Positions 1 to 11,969 of a stretch of 64,000 nucleotides of DNA are shown here, piece after piece. The DNA is from Oikopleura dioica. Its lineage: Eukaryota; Animalia; Chordata. The stretch covers positions 13,640,001-13,704,000 of the forward strand of contig OU015568.1 in NCBI GenBank assembly GCA_907165135.1, read 5' to 3'. A program made the position numbers and the translations under genes. Positions within the stretch are counted from its first letter, which is position 1; each line of letters begins with the position of its first letter. Below the pieces are notes generated by a model. The model saw only the letters and a list, made by a program, of their open reading frames with translations. It was not told the DNA's origin and did not search any database.

Positions 1-100
1 TGTACTTCATTAGCTTTGATCCTAATTACAACTGCTTACCTTGAACTCTGGGGTCTGTATCACCCTCACCATTTTCAAAAGAGCTTTCTTCACCTGACAT
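1..100 (-). CDS. SH3BP5-like protein, first exon only (runs off window edge)
   Basis: ATG at 100 gives MSGEESSFENGEGDTDPRVQ followed by a GTAAGC donor at 39. DPRVQ resembles the SH3BP5 N-terminal 'DPRIQGELE' motif. Only 20 codons are visible. Confidence 0.45.
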
Positions 101-365
101 TTAGAATCTCCGCGCTCTCGACTATTTCAAGCGTTTTCATCAGCCCTGCGTCCGATCCATCATCTGAATTAATTCGCCTTTAGGCCACTGAGTGTGCCAA
201 TGACATTTACTTTTAACAGACACACAGCTTGTTTTTCTATAAAAGGAGGACACGTAGTTTTCTTAGAAAAATAAAATACAGAAAGTAAGAAAATAAGAAT
301 CACCGTAAACAAAAGAAGATTCGTAGAAAGCGAAGAAGAAAAATCGATGGCGCGATGGGTGATTT

Positions 366-1344
366 TTAATGCGACCGGCATGACCAAGATAGGTTGACCG
401 AGTCCAGCTTTGTCCGCTTTGATACGCTAATCGATGCACATTGGCAGCAAAAAGCAGCGCTTAATTTATCTCTCTGTCGATTCTCTATGCGTTTCCTACC
501 TTGACGGGTCGTCTATAAGATTGGCTCTGAGTTTGTCTTTTAGGGGATGATTATTTCTTAAAAAAAGATAATCAGTCTCACTTTTCCACCGGCAGCCGCG
601 AAATCCCACAACATCGAAATCGCATGAGAAACAACGCAGCTTATCACAGCTCCTGAAAGTGGCAGTTAATCTACAATAAGACGAATGGACTTGACTTTTC
701 TCTATTGTTGTTTACCTGACTTGTGAGGGCTTTGTTAGCCCCTCTTCGTCCACTGCCGAGAGATAAACAAAAGGGGAGCATTTTTTGGAAATATTTGAAG
801 CCTCTTTTTGCTTCTGCACGGATCTACTTGGCGAAAGATCTTTCCAATTGCTATCATCGTCAGAAAACTAATAATAAATCAGTGGATTCATTTAACACGT
901 TGTTTCCAGACGCACTTTCTGGTCTAACCTTTTATGAGTTTGCAACTTTTATGACCGGCTCAGAATGCTTTGTATCTAGATAAGCCCCGACCCTCTATTA
1001 TCCGATAGCGTAACATACCTCTTTCAAGAAATCATCGATGCTCTTTGCGGCGCTGGATTTAGCAGCGGGTGCTTTTTGTACTGGCGCTTTCCATTGTTTC
1101 GGAGTTTTAGCTGTTTGAGGAATTGATACAAAATAAAAATCATCGAGGCGTATCAAATACCTAGCTAGTAGCTGGTGCCAATTCGATTTGTGAGCTTCGC
1201 CGCACTCATAAATCACCCAATTCGACTGATTTTGGCTCATTTAGACTTATTTTAAATCTGTTTCCTCCTCCCTTTTGAACCTCCCACATCTTCGAGTATC
1301 CGATCAAGCTCGTCAAGGTCAACTAGCGAGTCATTATCCGACAT
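366..1344 (-). CDS. CFAP418: Cilia/flagella-associated protein 418 (C8orf37) homolog, multi-exon
   Basis: N-terminus MSDNDSLVDLDELDRILEDV. C-terminal exons read CDKLRCFSCDFDVVGFRGCRWKSETDYLFLRNNHP and RCFCCQCASIS...WSCRSH*, matching the C8orf37 Cys-rich domain. Internal exon boundaries are unresolved. Confidence 0.8.
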
Positions 1345-1428
1345 TTTCGCGACTCTAGAATAATAAAACGATCACAAAAACTCGAAATTGTTTTCCACAT
1401 GTGGCAGTTGAGAGTTGTGCAAAATGAT

Positions 1429-1941
1429 CTAATTAAAAGGAACTTCGTATTTCATTTCATTCTTGATCGCTTCCTCTTTTTTCAGTTTGTACTGGGTGAT
1501 GTTCTTTACTGTCAGCCTCCGAGCATCCAATTGAGTGTCAGCAATATCGTCCAGTGCTGCCTGAATCTTATCATGGATTCGTTCTCCCTTTTCCACGAAA
1601 GATCTTAGTCGCTCTGCCTCCGCCTGATTTTCAGTCTGTATCTTTTGGAGTGTGGCTGCTTGTAGGCTGGATGTGGATTCCTCGGACGGAAGGGAATCAA
1701 TTAAAGTATCAATATTCTTGAAGCTACGGGTAATCAGATTGCTGAAAAGCTCAATGTTTCGACGTGATTCTGCCCTCTGTGCCTCAACTTCCGCTGCGTC
1801 TGGGCGAGGAGTGGTAGTGCGAGTCTCAGCGTCATCAAATGAGCTAGGCGGGGCAGTCTCATGTAGAACACCAATCGAGTTGCACATGTGAATAGCGAGA
1901 TCATTTACGAAGTCCTGCAGCTGACTCAAACGGTCCGACAT
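1429..1941 (-). CDS. MED21: Mediator subunit 21 (SRB7)
   Basis: MSDRLSQLQDFVNDLAIHMCNSIGVL...IDTLIDSLPSEEST...KIQAALDDIADTQL matches MED21 hallmarks (ORF 1429..1950). Confidence 0.95.
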   Translation of the reverse strand: MSDRLSQLQDFVNDLAIHMCNSIGVLHETAPPSSFDDAETRTTTPRPDAAEVEAQRAESRRNIELFSNLITRSFKNIDTLIDSLPSEESTSSLQAATLQKIQTENQAEAERLRSFVEKGERIHDKIQAALDDIADTQLDARRLTVKNITQYKLKKEEAIKNEMKYEVPFN

Positions 1942-2256
1942 ATCTTCCACCGATTTCTTAATTCAACAACCTTCAGCAATGACATTCCCTGCAATAGTCC
2001 TCCATCAAAATCAACTTACTCTTATTTACACCGCATCAGATTATCTTGGCAAACACAAATGACAAACATTCGTTATGAAATTAAGAGACGCTCATTATTT
2101 TTTCAAGTTTATTTTTTTAATCGGAGAGTTCGGCCTTCGATAATGCAAACAAGAGAGAACACTGAGTACGTCCGAAGGCGAATAAATAATTTAATTCAAC
2201 ATATTTTCATTGGGGGATGTTTTGCAGAAATCTATGAATAAATAGAGCGGGCAAGT

Positions 2257-2557
2257 TTACTCGTCGTCCTCATCCTCGTCGTCTTCGGCCTCGGCGGCTG
2301 CGAGCTCGGCCTGTTTCTTGAGGATTTCGGGGAGGATGTGGGGAAGCATGCGGCCCTGGTTGAAGTTGTTGACAAATTGGTCTAAAACAAGTTTCTTGGA
2401 ATGTCGGAATATTTAGTGCACCTTCAACCCATGGGCAGTAAACCCATTCGATGCCGGCTGCGACGACAGCGATGAATGCAAAGTAGGTTGGGTAGGCCTT
2501 CTTGTAAAACGACCTCGAGATGAACTGGAGAGCAGGTCTGGGGAGGATGTAGACCAT
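2257..2557 (-). CDS. UQCR10: Cytochrome b-c1 complex subunit 9 (QCR9), 2 exons, acidic C-terminal tail
   Basis: After removing one ~40-bp GT-AG intron: MVYILPRPALQFISRSFYKKAYPTYFAFIAVVAAGIEWVYCPWVE|DQFVNNFNQGRMLPHILPEILKKQAELAAAEAEDDEDEDDE*. Single TM helix followed by the N-x-G-R/K motif of QCR9. Confidence 0.7.
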
Positions 2558-2645
2558 TCTAAAATTTAAAAACATTGGGAGCCTACGAATTTTTAATTTA
2601 ATTAATGTTGAAGAAATTCTGGACAAGGGAAATAAGGGAGAAATA

Positions 2646-4870
2646 TTAATCGCCGCACGAAAACTCTTCTGCTTCAATTTTAGCAGATTTTTTGGCAACT
2701 TGCTGGGCGAGAATGGAAGCTAAACTCGAGCTACTAGGACAACAGTAATCGTGGTTTTCTGTGAGATGATCGCGGCGGCCGTCATCCAAATCTTTCTCGA
2801 TCTGACTTCGGTAATCGGGCTCTTCACATCCGGACTCCCCAATTTCTAAGATTTGAGTACGCCTCAAATCTTCAAAAGCATCAGATGTGCTAGATTTCTG
2901 TGATTCCGTCGTATTTTCAGATCCGTGAAGCGAAAAGGATTCTGTTGAAGGGATTATTATGTCAGACGGACGTGGCGTATTTTCGCGCCAGTAGTCTGGA
3001 AATAGAGCTTCTTTCCGTGTTTGCCGACTTGGTGAGGGTTATCTTCATGGAAAATTATAGTTTATACGTGAGGGCCATCTACAGCATAATGAAGGAGCGT
3101 TGGAAAGCGTCAACCAACGTATTTACTCAGAAAAAGATAAACCCATTCCTATTTTGATTTACAGTTTTCGGAAGAATATTTTTCAATTCAGAAATGACAT
3201 TTTTCGCTCCAAGCTTCTCCAAAGGATCATCATCTGCAATCATCCTATTGAGAGTTCTACTTTCGTCTTCGTTATCGTCATGCACGACAGTTTCCTCAAA
3301 TATAATATCATCAACAACGTCAATCTGGTCGAGTTGTTCCGCCTCTGCGTTCAATAGGAATGACGTCTGGCTGTCGGACGAAGTTGTCGGCTTTACTGCA
3401 TCATCCTGAGAAGTTACATCATGCTCTTTTTGTGCTGACACGGAAAGCAGTAGGGCAAAAGCTTCGGTGACTCCAGTCGCATGTCGAGACAGATTTTCCA
3501 TGCTTGCAATTTCCATATCTTGGCATGTCTCTGGTAGAGAAGGATAAAAAAATCTGTTTAACGAAAATTTTTATACTACTTTCTTTACTGATAAACTGTG
3601 GAAACGATTAACAAAAACTTAATGATATAACAAATAGATTTTTATCCTATCTTGATACGCCTCGCGTGCGAGAAGTTGTGCATGAATAGCAAGACTTCTT
3701 AGAACGGCGAGTCTATCGTTGTGTACTGGATTACTTGTAGCATCCTCATTTTCTGGGCGTGGCTCAAGATCCAATCGTCTTATTCGATCAGTCTGTTGCT
3801 CAAGCAGTCTTATCTCATCTTGAATGGAAACACTCCTGAAGAAGAGGCTATCTTTTAGCAATTGGGATGCACTTTTCCGTATGCAAACGGAGCGTCGTTC
3901 GTGATATTCTATTATAAGCATTTCGAGCTCGGAGTCGATTGACGTCAAATTTAAAGGTGTTTCCGGATCCAATCGTTCACACACAAATGTCAAGCAAGAC
4001 TTAACATACGATTTCATCAGATGGACGTCTCTTGGACAGCGGTGATTGTTCTCTTGGCTAGACGTCGGAGATTTTACAGTAGTAAAACCCTTGTTTAGCA
4101 CTTGCATATCTCTGATAAAGCGTAGACTTCTCTGAAGTGCTCTGTCCATAAGATCAAATGTCTCCTTCATGTCTTCAACCTGTTTTAAATTTTCTTTCAC
4201 GTTGTCGTGGAAAGACCAGTAGATGAGATAGTATCGCAACCAACTGAAAAGGAATAGCAAACCACCAACAGCGAGACAAAAATGAATGACATTGATCCAA
4301 ATTGGAAAAGAATGTGCGTTCTTGATGATAAGGGCGAGGTAAACTGCAAAAATATGACCTGCGTATTTCGGAAAAGGAGAACGAGTTATTTCTTTTGTTG
4401 ATAAGACGTGCGCACGGTCTAATTCGTTATTCAGACCTTCAAGGGCATCGTCGAGTTGGAAGTCAGCTAACTGCTGCTGAAGGAATGTACGTGAGTCGTA
4501 TTCGAGTTTTGATGCTTTGATCAGATGATTGTCTTGTAGTCCTTGAAGATACTCTGCAGCTCCACGTCTCATCTTTGAGCAAAGATTTTCTTATAAATGG
4601 TTATGATCAAAAGAAAAGGAACAATAAATTGAACATACTTGCAAACATGATTGGGCTAAGATCCTGCTCGATTTGAGAGAGGTCTTCCTTGATTGCAGCG
4701 CTAGTTTGCTCAGGGGATTCTGCTTGCACATTATGGAGCTGTTGCGCTAGACTGAGTTCCTCTGTTCCTGCTGCAGGGTGGAATTCAAGGTCGAGATTGG
4801 CGAGATACCTATCTAGCGGGGAGCCGGGTTCGTCGTAGTCAACCTCGACCCCAGTTCCATCCGATCTCAT
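2646..4870 (-). CDS. VEZT: Vezatin homolog, multi-exon
   Basis: N-terminal DYDEPGSPLDRYLANL resembles vezatin ENSPLYQYLQDL. Two TM segments are followed by ALQRSLRFIRDMQVLNKGFTTV (vezatin RKALRLIQETEVISRGFTLV). 3' exons are approximate. Confidence 0.8.
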
Positions 4871-5130
4871 GTCAAATGCCAGTCTAAACGAAATGCCATT
4901 ACACACTGAGTTAATTTTTCTTAATTTTTATTTGAACTATTTTGAAAACTTGCGCGACAGTAGATTCAGTATAAACAAATGAATTCTATCCCCACGCAGG
5001 TAGATTTCGATCGGTCGAGGGAAATGTCAATAAATAAGGGTGGTGTGGAGTGGTGGAGAACTTGAGCACATGTTTTATGTTACACACTGAATCAGTTCAT
5101 CGACTGAAGTAACTTCCTTGAATACTTCAT

Positions 5131-6037
5131 TTAGAGCTTGGGGACGAGGTCAAGGAGAGCGCCAAGCTTAGAGTAGTTGAACTTCTCGCCCATGGCGTTG
5201 TTCTTGGCAACAAGGGCATCGACTTCAGCGCCCTAGATTGCGTTGACACTTGGTACTCTATCTTAATCTTACCTCAGCGCCGAGGAGCTCAGCGAGGTAG
5301 GCTCGGTCCTCCTGGAGGAGAGGAACCTGCTGGTGGGGAGCGATGGAGGTGAAGTAGTAGATGGCGGCCAAGAGAGCTGCACCACCGAGCTGTGGGTTAG
5401 CAGCAACACCGGCAGCGGAGATACCGAAGAAGCCAGCGGCGAGAATGGTCTTGATGACACCGCTCGATTCGAAGTCACCTTCGGTTCGTCCCTTCTGGGC
5501 GAATCCAGGGACAAGGGACATGATGGACTCGGAGACAGGGTAAGTGTGGTACTTGACCTTCTGGTGGTGGTGGTTCTCGTCCTTGAAGATGACGAGCTGG
5601 AAGAAGGTGAAGAAGGCAACGAAGATCTACGAATATTTTAGTTTGCTCAAAAAACGAGCTCGGATTACCATTGCCCATCCGGATCCAGAGAGGAGGAAGT
5701 TGTGGTTCATTCCTGGGCCACCAACGGTCTGGGAACCGAAGAGGGAGGCGGGGTGCATACCAGGTCGAGAGTACTTGAAGAGGAAAGCCTTCCAGTATCT
5801 TCGGACAGCCATGAAAGTGTATGGGAAGTCGACGGGTCGTCCTCGGAGCCAACCAGCAACCTGGATGAAATTTTAGGGAATGATCGTTTTGGGAGCACTT
5901 ACTTCGCCGAGCTTGAGGTCTCGGAAAGCCCGAGTGTCGGAGGGTCCAACAACAGACTGACCGGGCTTGACTCCATATCCAAGATAACCGAGTCGGTTGC
6001 CGTGGTTGTAGGCAAGGCGAGCAGTGGTGAACCTCAT
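5131..6037 (-). CDS. ATP5MF: Mitochondrial ATP synthase subunit f with ~124-aa C-terminal extension (4 exons: 6037-5903, 5860-5669, 5626-5273, 5232-5131; 260 aa)
   Basis: Spliced product contains FRDLKLGEVAGWLRGRP...RRYWKAFLFKY...WAMIFVAFFTFFQLVIFKDENHHHQKVKYH, the subunit f KLGE/KYH signature. All three introns are GT-AG, 40-42 bp and phase 0. Codon bias is strongly that of a highly expressed gene. Confidence 0.85.
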
Positions 6038-6257
6038 CCTAAAAATAACAGGCTTGAGTCCACAATTTGTTGAACGTTTTAGGTGTGTAGCATTGTCGAG
6101 CAGGAATAAACAAGAATGGTGGCTCATGTGTATGTGGCAGTAGAAATAGAATTTACATTTCGAGCGCAAAATATAAGAAGTTGGTTAGTTTTTCGTTCGA
6201 AATCGAATTTTCCTAGAAGATAGAGAGTAAAGATCAATGAAGGAACGAATGAGACGT

Positions 6258-9200
6258 CTAAGACATTGGTTCAGGTGCGGTTGAGTTTTCCACTGGTCCG
6301 TTGCCTAAATATAGTTTCAGCTTCTGCCGTTCCGCCGGAACAAACCTTGAGCAGGCTGCGGGACTGATTGACCTTGTGGTGGAAACTGCTGAGGAAAACC
6401 CTGAACAGGGGGTCCTTGAGCAGGGCCACGAGCCATATTCGATGCCTGTTGTACTTGTCCAGATGCTCCCTGAATAGATTATAGTTATAAATATTTGTGA
6501 CTAGATGTCTTACAGTTTCCGCGTTAGGCGCTCGCTGGGCTGCTTCGCGTTGACGAGTAGCTTCTTGAATTTTTATTTGCTCCATGTGGAATTGCTGGCG
6601 CTCTGCGATAAGCTACAAAATTATTTAATCGCTTGATAAAGAATCAGATGAGTACCTGTCGTCGTTGATTTTCAATAGTGTCTCGTTGCTTATCGAGCAT
6701 GTTTTCAAGCTCGTCAAGCTGTTTCATCTTGAGCTCCATTTTCTTGACTTGGAAATCAACAAGGACCGCAACTAGAGATCTGATTTTTCTTTCTTCTTGT
6801 GTTGCAAGATGTTTTGCTTTTACAGCGGCTGAAGAAAGAGCAACTGCAGCTGCCTTTTTTAGCTCTTCATCGGTCATGTCTGTTTTTTCTTTTTTGGCCG
6901 GAGAAGGACCTTCGCCTGAAACTTCAATTTATTCGTGAAAACATTATTTTATTTACCATTCTCTTTTGGAGATGATGCCGCGTCGGTATCCATTTTCTCT
7001 TCCATGCTCTCAGCGTCACGCTTAACTCCAGCGATGCCAGCTTCATCCAGACCGTGTTCAGGGTCACATTCGCCTGTAGTTTCCTTGTGTTTCATCACAG
7101 CGTCTTTGTGTGCTTCTTCTATTGCGGTGGGAACTGCGAATTGTTGCTTGCTGAACTCATTAAGAGCGGCCTTTGCCGCAGCAGCAGCAACTTGAGGATC
7201 AACCGCAGATGCGAGGAAAGCAACGGTCGTCATAACCGGATTTCCAGCTTGGCTAGACAGAGGATTAACTTATGTTAACGCTCAAGCTTAATGATTCCCG
7301 CACCTAAATGGAAGGGGCATAAAGTCATAATTTCCATCGTTTCCGGATAGTTTCTTTCCATCAAGATAGGGGTCCTCGATCGGCAATTTGAGGAAATTCA
7401 TTATACACTCGTCTTGCGTTCGACTACCCACATGTTCAGCAACTTTTAAGTTGTTTTAGTCACTGTTTCAGAATTTCATTAAGTACCTTTATTCCAGTCA
7501 TCTCTGAACATCTCCAAACCCTCTAGCAACGAAAGAGTTTCTTGCTCGGTCCATGGTTTTGACGCGTTCTTGTCCTGTTTTTTCTTGTTCTTCTCGGCAT
7601 AGATATCAGCCTTTAGCCCGAAGTTTTCAACTTCTTGCTTGGGCTCGACCTCTCCTTCGGCAGTGTCGCATACTTCTTTCGACGCTTTTTTGAATTTAGG
7701 AGCTTCAACTGGCTGCACTCCAGATGGCGTATCGGCCAGAACGTGAAAGTGGGAAGTTGGTGGAGGGCCGAGCTGAGCGGGTCGTGATTCGGCGTCGATC
7801 TTTAAGAAAAAGCGTAAGAAAAATACTCTTTGAAGAAAGGTCACCTGATAATTAACAAGACCCCATTGTTCTAGAAAAGCATGGACGCGCATAATTGCAC
7901 AAACATCACCGGCCAAATTCCTTCTACAGGCAGTCGCACTCAAGTATTCCATCGGATTCAAGCGATAAGTGTCGATCATAAAATTTCTGTAGGCCAGGTA
8001 GACTTCGGGGTTTTCGATTTGTTCTTCGAATTGAAGAACTCCGGAAGAGCGCGTTTTTCAATGGCGTGGATTGCATTGTAGTCGAACCAGGCAGAGTATG
8101 ATGGGATAATAATGTGGTGCGTTTGCTCCGTCACCTGGTCGGCGTCCGCGACTATATCCGATGGCATATCTGAAAATAAGTCAGTGAGTTTAAAAGGTCT
8201 CGTAAGTTGTACCGTAGTCTTGGCAGTCAAGGTCAAATAAAGTCACATTTCGAAGGTTTCTGTTGGTTGACGGTGGAATGTTTGCGCTCGGTTGAGAGGC
8301 AAGCGGGATATTGGGAATCTCGACGAGCTCTACTCGTGGGGATGGGTCTGGATTTTCCATACCTAATGAATGAATATATCAAACGAACCTGAGAGTGGAA
8401 ATTACCCTTTGTAAGATCTTCTTCGATCATCGGCTTATTTCTACTCCTCCTTGATTTCTTTTGGCCACCAGGCGAGGTGAGATCCGCGTCCTTACGTTTT
8501 AAACTTGGATCCCCGGAGTCCAACGGCTTGAATGCTTTGAAAACAGGGTGTTTTGCTGGCCCTATGTGCTCCATATTCGAGGCATTGAGCTGGTAGTCCC
8601 ACTCGTTCATCCACTCGTTGAATAAATAGCTGTTCTCGATCCAGTGATGACTCAACTTCCATTTAGTGTTTGGCTCTTGGGCAGTGTTTTCAAAGCGATC
8701 AGTGGTCGGCACAAGCTCTGCATCGACCCACGTCTGATAGCTCGGCGGGGAAAACCACCAATGGACAAGCACTCGATCATCCCACGTTTTAAGTGGCGTA
8801 CAGTGCTCTCTACTTGGCTTGCGAAATTGCGAGTGTTGATAAATCAGATGCGTGGCATCTTCTCTCGACTCGGAAATCGTTGCGCCGTTCATCTCTGCGA
8901 TTGATTTCAACGTTTCGCGATGCTCAGATTCGATCTTTTCAGAGAAATAAATTATCTTTTTCATCTTGTGTCTCAGTGATTTGCGAAGACGTTTGAAAAG
9001 AAGAAGGCCTGTTTTGACGCTTTCCGAATTGTAGATGTTGAAATCCTTGAGTTCGATGTCGTGTTCATCGCAGAAAGCCTTCGTGACTTTGATAATCGAT
9101 GCGAAAGTTGACTTTTCGCGGAAATCGTAAAAGTAGCTCGTTGGAATCATCATTCCAGCGCTTCGATCGCGGCAGCCGCGTCCAAAATTTCGTTCTTGGA

Positions 9201-9582
9201 ATCGCAAAAGCTCCACTGCAACATCAGCAAAAATCAGGGCACTTTCAGAAGCAAATAAAGGTGATTCCGATTTCAACGATCTGAGAAGTAGACCAAGTTT
9301 GGCTTGGACTGCTGCGGAGTACCAGTAAGTTATTGAGATCGAGTCTTTGTCACGCCAAGCGCTTGTTCGCCCTCGTTCTCCATCATTTGTCTTATTTCAT
9401 TGTTAATACTTTTTTCAATTCATTTTTACCTCTTTGATGAAAACATCAATCTCGTCCGGTCTGTCTTTCATATCTTCCCACATGTTCCTCGCCGCATTTT
9501 GCATTTCAGTCGTACTGCTGAAAACAAACGCATTCGCCTGTCCGAAAGCCAGTAGGAAATCATCGAAACTCCTACCGGCCAT
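6258..9582 (-). CDS. SMARCC2: SWI/SNF subunit SMARCC1/2 (BAF155/170) homolog, multi-exon
   Basis: SWIRM domain ([28 protein letters not shown]; [46 protein letters not shown]), SANT domain ([22 protein letters not shown]) and coiled coil ([22 protein letters not shown]). One -1 homopolymer frameshift at ~8007. C1 versus C2 orthology cannot be resolved. Confidence 0.92.
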
Positions 9583-9826
9583 GCTCTGAAGAGTTCAGTT
9601 TTTAGACAACTTTTTTCACCAGTGGTTTTATCGTGTTGAACAGAATCGAATCTCATATTGCACATTTTATGTTTTGGAAAGAAAAGATTGGTAGAAGAAA
9701 AGGACGGATTCAACTTTAATTTCAAAAGAAGTTATTTAACCTTTTTGAGATCAAATTTTTTTTTCATCAACTGATGAAAATTAAGAAAAATATCGGATCC
9801 CTTCCTAAAAGCTCAAATAAAATTCT

Positions 9827-10981
9827 TTACTGCTTTGGATCAGCAGATCCAGCTCCGGTTCGTCTCTTCTGCGCGGCTTGGAACTCAAAGTAGTTGACGT
9901 ATCCGTCGCCATTTGCATCCTGATTTGAAAGAATTCCGTCGACCATGTCGATGAACTGTTGCTCTGTGAAACGGGGATAATTATCTGCGGTACCGCGATC
10001 TAATTTTTATTAACTTATCGGTAAATGGATTTTGATAAAATATTTATTTGTAAAATTTTTTTAAATGTAGAAAATAAATCTGAAATTTCATACATTTGTA
10101 TTTTTTACTCGAATAGTGATTAAATAAACCTCGCAGCTTACCTTCAAGATCCATTCGTTCGTAATGAGTCATAGCTAAAAGATAACGTGTTAATCGGCTT
10201 CTGAAGATGATTCATTCTCGAGGGCTAGGGAGGCGGTCTTCTAGAGCCGATCTCTTGTTGTTCTCGGAACGCGCGTTTCTTTCGCGATTTTTGTTATAAA
10301 AGCCGATCGCCAACGCGGCGGCGCGCGACGCTCATTGGCTCGCCCGAGGCCTATCCCAGACAAGCTCGAAAAATGAATGAAAATTTCATCGTTCGAAAAG
10401 GGATGGAGATCATTTTATAAACAACTTATTCTAGAAGAAAAAAATATATAAGACTAAGAATTCTACAAGAAAAAAATCACCCTCTAGTAAAAAAAATTAT
10501 AATGAAGAAAAGTCATCCCTTTTTCGGGTCTAAAACTGTCTAGAAGTACTCACTATGATGCTTTTGAACAACTAAAAGTCAAAATGGCAATGCTTATGTT
10601 TATTCAAAAATTGATATTTCCTTGTTTCTAGCCTAGAAACTCCTCACAAATTTTCAGAATAGATGAAACTAGAATTATTAGTAAAAAGGATACCTTGGAT
10701 GAGTTCAATCCCATCGAGCATATTATTGTTGTCATAATCGTGCTGCTTGAAGTAATAAAATTGCAACTCCTCTGGAGTCATTTCGGAAGTGTCCTTGTCT
10801 CCGATCGTGTCCCTCAAATGCTCGAGCATGTGTTCTTTTTCTTCTTGGTCCTCTGGGTTGAACTCAAGATGCTTAAAAAGATCATATTTTTTGGAAAAAA
10901 AAATGAATAAACCTCAAGTTTGTGATTGTCGCCATGAGCAGCAACGGCGCTGATAGCAAGGAAGAGTTCGCTCAATTTCAT
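9827..10981 (-). CDS. MCFD2: Multiple coagulation factor deficiency protein 2 (EF-hand ER cargo receptor)
   Basis: Signal peptide MKLSELFLAISAVAAHG; EMTPEELQFYYFKQHDYDNNNMLDGIEL; second EF hand DANGDGYVNYFEF. Confidence 0.92.
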
Positions 10982-11061
10982 TCTCTGAAAAATTGCTCCA
11001 ATAATTCAGAAATGCCATGATTGTTTACAGAAAGATTTTTCTAAAAAAAAGAGCAGTGAGA

Positions 11062-11833
11062 TTAGTACATATTTAAATCGCCTCTTTGAGCTTTTCGAAG
11101 TGCATTTAGCTCGCGGATCTTTTGCAGCGCTTGAATTCGTCTTTGCGCGAGCTCGGAGGCTGATGGGGAAGAACTTGACGAGTTAGCTTCGGCCTGAGCC
11201 TAAGTAAAGGTTTTCAAGTGCGATATAAAATATTTGTTACCTTTTTCTTCTCGGCAAGACTTTCTTTTCTTCTTTTTTCGATCTTGGCCTTGTGCTTCCT
11301 TTGATTTTCGTTGAGGATCTTTTTTCGCTCCTTCAAGATCCCTCCGAGAAATGAAATAACTGTGTCGTTTGATTTCATCAGAAATATCTCTATCAAAAGA
11401 ACTTATTTTCGAACTAGAAGCTTTTTATCTTACCGCATTCTTCAACGATCTTCCGGATTGCAGCAAGATTTTCCTCGATATAAGCCTCATTTTCTTTGCA
11501 AAAGTCGAGGTGAACTTTTAAACTTTCATTCTCAAGTTCCTTCTTGAAGCAATCACTGTTCCAGCCATGCTTATCAAAGCTCTTCGATAACTGTTCTTTC
11601 AGCTTTTCTTGGAGTTCTTCCGAAGTATCTTGCTCTGAGCTAGGCAAGGCTGTCTGTAAGATATCGGGCTTTTTGAATATGTGCTCGTCTATAGCCAGTT
11701 TCGCGTATCGCTTCATCCGCTGCTCAAAGTTGATCGCATCATGCATGAACATGGGATCGTAATTTCCGTACTCAGACAATTCCTGTCCTTTTCGAGCGCT
11801 GCTTTTGGCTCTTCTAGCTCTTTTTGGAGGCAT
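11062..11833 (-). CDS. Hypothetical charged/coiled-coil protein (~3 exons)
   Basis: 139-aa ORF 11414..11833 plus spliceable downstream exons ending ...ELAQRRIQALQKIRELNALRKAQRGDLNMY*. No family recognised. Confidence 0.6.
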
Positions 11834-11969
11834 TTTTCTTAATCATTTTGATGAGAAAATTTCATTGATTTAAATATTTTATTATAGAAAAAATAAAGTA
11901 ACATTTAGAAAAATAGAGCAGTAAGAAAGTAAGAGTTCAGCGGAATGAAAGAGTAGAAATTTAAAGACG

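Noticed and set aside
8007-8010. -1 frameshift in the SMARCC SWIRM domain (SKTP|EVYLAYRNF) suggesting pseudogene or programmed frameshift
   Set aside because: It falls in a G4 run where G5 restores a highly conserved essential gene. A long-read homopolymer error is the most likely cause.
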